The translations under genes were made by a program, and so were the position numbers. The notes beneath the pieces were generated by a model. That model was not told where the DNA came from. It did not search any database and was given only the letters and a program-made list of their open reading frames with translations. From contig CAYPRT010000001.1 in the NCBI GenBank assembly GCA_964413155.1, forward strand, positions 235,863-299,862: DNA of 64,000 nt, read 5' to 3'. Shown here piece after piece: positions 60,015-64,000 of this stretch (position 1 is the stretch's first letter; each line of letters starts with the position of its first letter). This DNA is from an uncultured Hyphomicrobiales bacterium. GTDB taxonomy: Bacteria; Bacteroidota; Ignavibacteria; Kapaibacteriales; UBA2268.

Positions 60015-61343
60015 ATGAATAAGCAAAAAGAACAAAACAAAGCCAAAATTGAAATAAAAATTGCTGATAATACTTTGCCGTATATTGAAATTATTCGACA
60101 ACACGAGGCAATATTGAACGATATTCATTCAAAAACCGATAGAGTAGTATTACAAAATCCACATTCTTTTGTCAACCGACCAACAACTGATTTAAAAACC
60201 CTAGAGGAACTACTTGAAAAGGATAAACAAAGAGAGCAGGATGGATTTCCCCGCAGAATTAGAATTGGGAAATTGATGCGTCCCGATTCAAGCGGAAAAC
60301 CAAAAATTGTTATTGTTCCAACCACTGTCGAACCCAAATTTTACCACGACACAAGCATAACCGAAGAAGAACCGCAAACCGGCGGCACAGGAGAAGAGCA
60401 GGAAGGCGAAGTAATAGGCGAAGCCCCAATTCAACCCCAAGAAGGCGAAGGAGAAGGTTATGGTGCTGGCCAAGGTTCCGAATCCAGCCACGAAATCAGC
60501 GAAGAAGCTTTCGATTTAGGCAAAATTCTTACTGAAAAGTTTGAACTTCCTAATATTAAACCTAAAGGAAAGAAGCCATCTTTTACTAAATTTCAATACG
60601 ACTTAACCGACATCCACCGTGGCTTTGGGCAACTACTCGATAAAAAGGCAACAACTAAGTCTATCATCAAAACAAATCTCCTTCTTGGAAGAATTACCGA
60701 GGATTTAGATTTTGAACCATCAGAGTTATTAATTGCACCCAGAGACCATATTTATAGAATCTTATCGAAAGAAAAGGATTTCGAAGCTCAAGCTGTGGTT
60801 TTTTTTATTCGCGACTATTCAGGCTCGATGCAAGGGAAACCTACCGAAGCTATCACCAGACAACATCTCTTTATTTATAGTTGGTTAATGTATCAATATC
60901 AAAACAATGTTACCACGCGGTTTGTTCTCCACGATACAATTGCACGCGAAGTTCCCGATTTTATGACTTACTTTCGACTTCAAGTTGCTGGTGGAACACG
61001 CGTTGCACCAGCATTCCAACTTGTTAACAATATTATCCAACAAGAAAGGCTACATATCGAAAACAACATATATGTTTTTTATGGCGGGGATGGTGACGAT
61101 TGGGACGAAGACGGAAAAGAAACTATCGAAGCCATCCGAAATATGTTTCCATTTGTAAATCGCATAGGCATTACAATCGCTCGCAATCCTTGGGGCGGGG
61201 CCTCTATTTCGACTGTTGAAAAATATCTTGAACGCTCTAATTTACTCAAAGAACGACCAGATTTAATCAAAATCGATGGATTTGTAGCCGAAACATACGA
61301 TGAAAAAAGAATTATCGAAGGAATAAAAATTTTGGTCGGTTAA
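60015..61343 (+). CDS. yeaH: YeaH/YhbH-family protein (DUF444, vWA-like MIDAS); usual partner of PrkA
   Basis: Gly/acidic tract. EEAFDLGKILTEKFELPNIK ~ YeaH DEYLDLLFEDLALPNLK. QAVVFFIRDYSGSM ~ MFCLMDVSGSM. AGGTRV ~ TGGTIV. GGDGDDWDED ~ ASDGDNWADD. Confidence 0.7.
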   Translation: MNKQKEQNKAKIEIKIADNTLPYIEIIRQHEAILNDIHSKTDRVVLQNPHSFVNRPTTDLKTLEELLEKDKQREQDGFPRRIRIGKLMRPDSSGKPKIVIVPTTVEPKFYHDTSITEEEPQTGGTGEEQEGEVIGEAPIQPQEGEGEGYGAGQGSESSHEISEEAFDLGKILTEKFELPNIKPKGKKPSFTKFQYDLTDIHRGFGQLLDKKATTKSIIKTNLLLGRITEDLDFEPSELLIAPRDHIYRILSKEKDFEAQAVVFFIRDYSGSMQGKPTEAITRQHLFIYSWLMYQYQNNVTTRFVLHDTIAREVPDFMTYFRLQVAGGTRVAPAFQLVNNIIQQERLHIENNIYVFYGGDGDDWDEDGKETIEAIRNMFPFVNRIGITIARNPWGGASISTVEKYLERSNLLKERPDLIKIDGFVAETYDEKRIIEGIKILVG

Positions 61344-61395
61344 AATATTACATTATTAATATCGTTTATTTGAATTCAAAAAAAAGAGGCAAAAA

Positions 61396-62100
61396 ATGAA
61401 AAAATTACTTGCGTTCGCAGTTATTCTAATTGTTCCTTTTCTTGTTTTCTCTCAACCCAAATTAGAAATTGTTGGTGGTGATTCCTATGATTGGGGAACA
61501 GTGAAACCAACTCAGGACCCTCTTAAAGCCAAAATTAAAATTCGAAATGCTGGCACTGAACTTTTGAAAATTACAGAAGTTAAACCAGGATGCGGTTGCA
61601 CTACCGCGCCATTAAACAAGAATGAACTAAAGCCAGGCGAAGAAGCAACATTAGATGTGACACTTCGCATTACTGGTTATTCTGGCAATGTTGTAAAAAG
61701 CATCCGAATTGCTTCTAATGACCCACAAAATCCAAATAAATACCTTTATCTTAAGGCAAATATTTTCCATCCTATTTCAATAACTCCTACATCCTATTTT
61801 GCTTTCAATGAAATGACCGTCGGAAAAGAAGCTACATCGAAAGTTACAATAAAAAATAATACAAACGAAAGTATTACTCTTTCCGATATTCAAGTTAGCC
61901 CAGAAAATCTTTCTGTAAATCTACCTAAAAAACTCACTTTGAAGGCTGGGGAATCGTTTGAAGTTGTTGCAAAAGTTGTTCCCGAGAAAAAAGGATATTT
62001 TAATTGCACTGTAAAAATCAAAACATCGAACCCGGACCAAAAAGAAATAGTAATTCCCGGCTATGGAAATGTAAAAGAATCCCCATTGTTCAATAATTAA
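61396..62100 (+). CDS. DUF1573-domain secreted protein
   Basis: Signal peptide. KPGCGCTTAPLNKNELKPGEEATLDV matches the DUF1573 'CGCT' core. Two tandem copies of the fold. Confidence 0.65.
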   Translation: MKKLLAFAVILIVPFLVFSQPKLEIVGGDSYDWGTVKPTQDPLKAKIKIRNAGTELLKITEVKPGCGCTTAPLNKNELKPGEEATLDVTLRITGYSGNVVKSIRIASNDPQNPNKYLYLKANIFHPISITPTSYFAFNEMTVGKEATSKVTIKNNTNESITLSDIQVSPENLSVNLPKKLTLKAGESFEVVAKVVPEKKGYFNCTVKIKTSNPDQKEIVIPGYGNVKESPLFNN

Positions 62101-62175
62101 GAACAAACAAGCAGAATTTTATATTTTTTCTTTGAAACAACTTTTTAAACACTAAAATCTTTTAAAAAACGCAAC

Positions 62176-62193
62176 TTGAATAAGTTTATTCAA
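62176..62193. promoter_or_regulatory. Perfect 8-bp inverted repeat TTGAATAA-gt-TTATTCAA in a 440-bp non-coding region
   Basis: Seen directly at 62176-62193. Candidate dimeric-regulator operator. Confidence 0.35.
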
Positions 62194-62540
62194 TGCTAAG
62201 CAAAGAACTTTGTTTTCCTGTTTCAGCTTTCTTGTTTCTTTTTATTTCATCAAAATTACCTTATCGTCATCATTTGTAAATCCAATATTAAAAAGGACAG
62301 CAACAAACACCAGTTCTGTTGAATTATCAGGTAAAGTTTTCATAATTTCCAGTCACCCAAGTATACTTTATTAACCTCCATAGTTACCCCTACTTTGACA
62401 TAAAAGACAAGGAAATCAGTGGTATTAATTTACAAAAAGAAAATTTTTTTAAAACTAAATGGGATATAAAAGAAATTTTTTCATTTGAAAGAATTTATGT
62501 AGGCTCAGTTGCGAATAAGCCATTTCTGTTCATCTTCTTG

Positions 62541-62622
62541 CGGTGGGTGAGGGACTCGAACCCCCACAGGCTTTCGCCCGGCGGTTTTCAAGACCGCTGC
62601 ACTACCATTATGCGAACCCACC
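62541..62622 (-). tRNA. tRNA-Ser (anticodon TGA) with long variable arm; CCA not encoded
   Basis: Reverse complement ggtgggttcgcataatggtagtgcagcggtctTGAaaaccgccgggcgaaagcctgtgggggttcgagtccctcacccaccg. 7-bp acceptor stem, 3-bp D-stem, anticodon stem gcggt/accgc with loop ctTGAaa, long variable arm, T-arm ggttcgagtcc. Confidence 0.8.
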
Positions 62623-62712
62623 ATTTTGCATCAACAAAATTAATAAATATTTGCGAATTTTATATTATACAACTGCACATAGCCAACTTAAGGCTATGAT
62701 TTTTCAAGGATT

Positions 62713-63348
62713 TTATCTTAAATCAATTACTTCGATTCCCTTCGGAATTTTGAACTCGAAGAATCCCTTTCGAAGTTTATATTCATAATCAATTTTCAAA
62801 AGTCTATAGGTTCCCTTGTTTCCATTTTCGTCAAATTGTATACCTTTGATTGCTAATTTCTCATCAAGATACACTTTTACGATTTGATTTGTAGTGTTCG
62901 ATTTCAGCATCAATACATTGTGGCTACCAAAATCGGAATTCAATTCTCGTTGGTACGAAATAGGACTAAAATCCTTGCTAAACCGTTCGAAGAAATTCTG
63001 TAAACCCAAACTTTGGTCGGTTTCAACATTAGACACAACGAGCTTCTTTTCGAAAGGAGTGTAATTCCATATAGTTTTTCCGTTCGAAGTAATTATCCTT
63101 TCGATCCTATTTTTCTTTTTTAATTCCAATCTGTATTTGCCCGTAAAATCTACAAAAAGAACCCCTTTTATGGTTGAATTCACCATCTCGAAAGTAATTT
63201 TAACAGAATTTGCTCCGAGAATTCTATTTTGCAGTTTTTCAAATACTTTTTCTTTATCGAGTGAAAAGGCAAATAGGACACTTATGAGGTATGTAAACAA
63301 AAGAAAAGATAATTTGATAAAACTTTGCTTCATCCTACAAATCACCAA
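62713..63348 (-). CDS. LolA-like/DUF4292-like periplasmic lipoprotein-carrier-fold protein
   Basis: 211 aa, signal peptide. Predicted beta-rich lipoprotein-carrier-like protein. No strong motif. Confidence 0.4.
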   Translation of the reverse strand: MVICRMKQSFIKLSFLLFTYLISVLFAFSLDKEKVFEKLQNRILGANSVKITFEMVNSTIKGVLFVDFTGKYRLELKKKNRIERIITSNGKTIWNYTPFEKKLVVSNVETDQSLGLQNFFERFSKDFSPISYQRELNSDFGSHNVLMLKSNTTNQIVKVYLDEKLAIKGIQFDENGNKGTYRLLKIDYEYKLRKGFFEFKIPKGIEVIDLR

Positions 63349-64000
63349 ATTGAGGTCTTATAATCAATTCTTCGACCATAACACCATTGCGAAGCGAGGC
63401 CTCGATGTTGCAAACAATAGTTTCTGCAATCTCTTCTGGTTTCATCATTCGTTCGCCATACTTTTCTAATACACGTGGGCTCCAGATATTAGTCGAGGTA
63501 GCACCGGGATATACATTCATTATCTTTATATTTTTATCACGAACTTCTTCTCGCAAGGACTTACTCATTGCCAAAACTGCCGCTTTGGTTGCCGAATAAA
63601 CAGAAGCATTGACAAACGTTTTAGTTACTACAATAGAAAGTATATTAATTATTATCCCGAAACCAATTTTCAACATTTCTGGTAAAACAGCTTGGGTACA
63701 TAAAAATACGCCACGAACATTTGTAGCAAAGCTTTCTTCAAATTTCTCTAATGGAAAATCCACAAATGCACCACTATGATAACACCCAGCATTATTAACA
63801 AGGACATTTACTTTGATTCCACTTGCTAACATCTTGTGGTATACTGTCTTCACTTGTTCTGGATTTGAAATATCGCAGGGAAAAAGAAACACTTTTTTGT
63901 CGCTTCCAATTATTCGCAATGCTTCGATTAATTTATTCTTATTTCTACTTGAAATTACAATTGTTGAATTGCGTTGCGCAAAAGATTGAGCAAGAGCAAG
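63335..64000 (-). CDS. Short-chain dehydrogenase/reductase (SDR), 5'-partial; continues beyond the window end
   Basis: NNAG, YSATKAA (YxxxK). The reading frame stays open to base 64000 (…IVISSRNKNKLIEAL…). Overlaps the LolA-like gene by 14 nt. Confidence 0.75.
   Translation of the reverse strand, partial: LALAQSFAQRNSTIVISSRNKNKLIEALRIIGSDKKVFLFPCDISNPEQVKTVYHKMLASGIKVNVLVNNAGCYHSGAFVDFPLEKFEESFATNVRGVFLCTQAVLPEMLKIGFGIIINILSIVVTKTFVNASVYSATKAAVLAMSKSLREEVRDKNIKIMNVYPGATSTNIWSPRVLEKYGERMMKPEEIAETIVCNIEASLRNGVMVEELIIRPQFGDL

Noticed and set aside
62543-62788. 81-aa ORF on + strand
   Set aside because: It overlaps tRNA-Ser (its opening residues MGEGLEPPQAFARRFSRPLHYHYANP are the tRNA gene read in a protein frame). 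Spurious.

Overview
This 64 kb window is an AT-rich bacterial chromosomal segment with a didermic cell envelope. Most genes have clear Shine-Dalgarno sites (for example AAAGGAGG before the genes at 15247 and 42482). Several large secreted proteins end in type IX secretion (T9SS) C-terminal sorting domains. Together these fit an FCB-group organism such as Ignavibacteria/Chlorobi-like rather than classical Bacteroidia, but this is inference. Housekeeping genes: accC-accB-efp with tRNA-Cys; a sugar-phosphate nucleotidyltransferase-metK-ahcY operon; gyrB; cdsA; clpC; coaX-birA; lpxH; topA; cca; prkA; and a separated yeaH/DUF444 gene. Accessory regions: (i) a T9SS cargo island at 6991-20231 holding two tandem giant arylsulfotransferase (ASST)-like beta-propeller/Fn3 proteins, an orphan NatB-like ABC-2 permease, a thioredoxin-motif (CGPC) Omp28-like cargo and a glycoside-hydrolase-like cargo, inserted between a DUF721 (DciA-like) gene and gyrB; (ii) a tightly packed LOG - PDZ/polytopic-membrane/GAF/PP2C phosphatase - alkyltransferase-like operon at 29419-33220; (iii) a giant CpoB/BamD-type TPR protein - OM beta-barrel - SPOR protein operon at 43139-49818; (iv) a compositionally distinct, more AT-rich Type II restriction-modification cassette (beta-class SPPY methyltransferase plus a PD-(D/E)XK endonuclease candidate) at 49877-52020. 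I found no CRISPR array, transposase, integrase or rRNA. There are two tRNAs, Cys-GCA and Ser-TGA, and neither encodes its 3' CCA. All functional calls are from reading the protein translations for motifs; no database searches were run.
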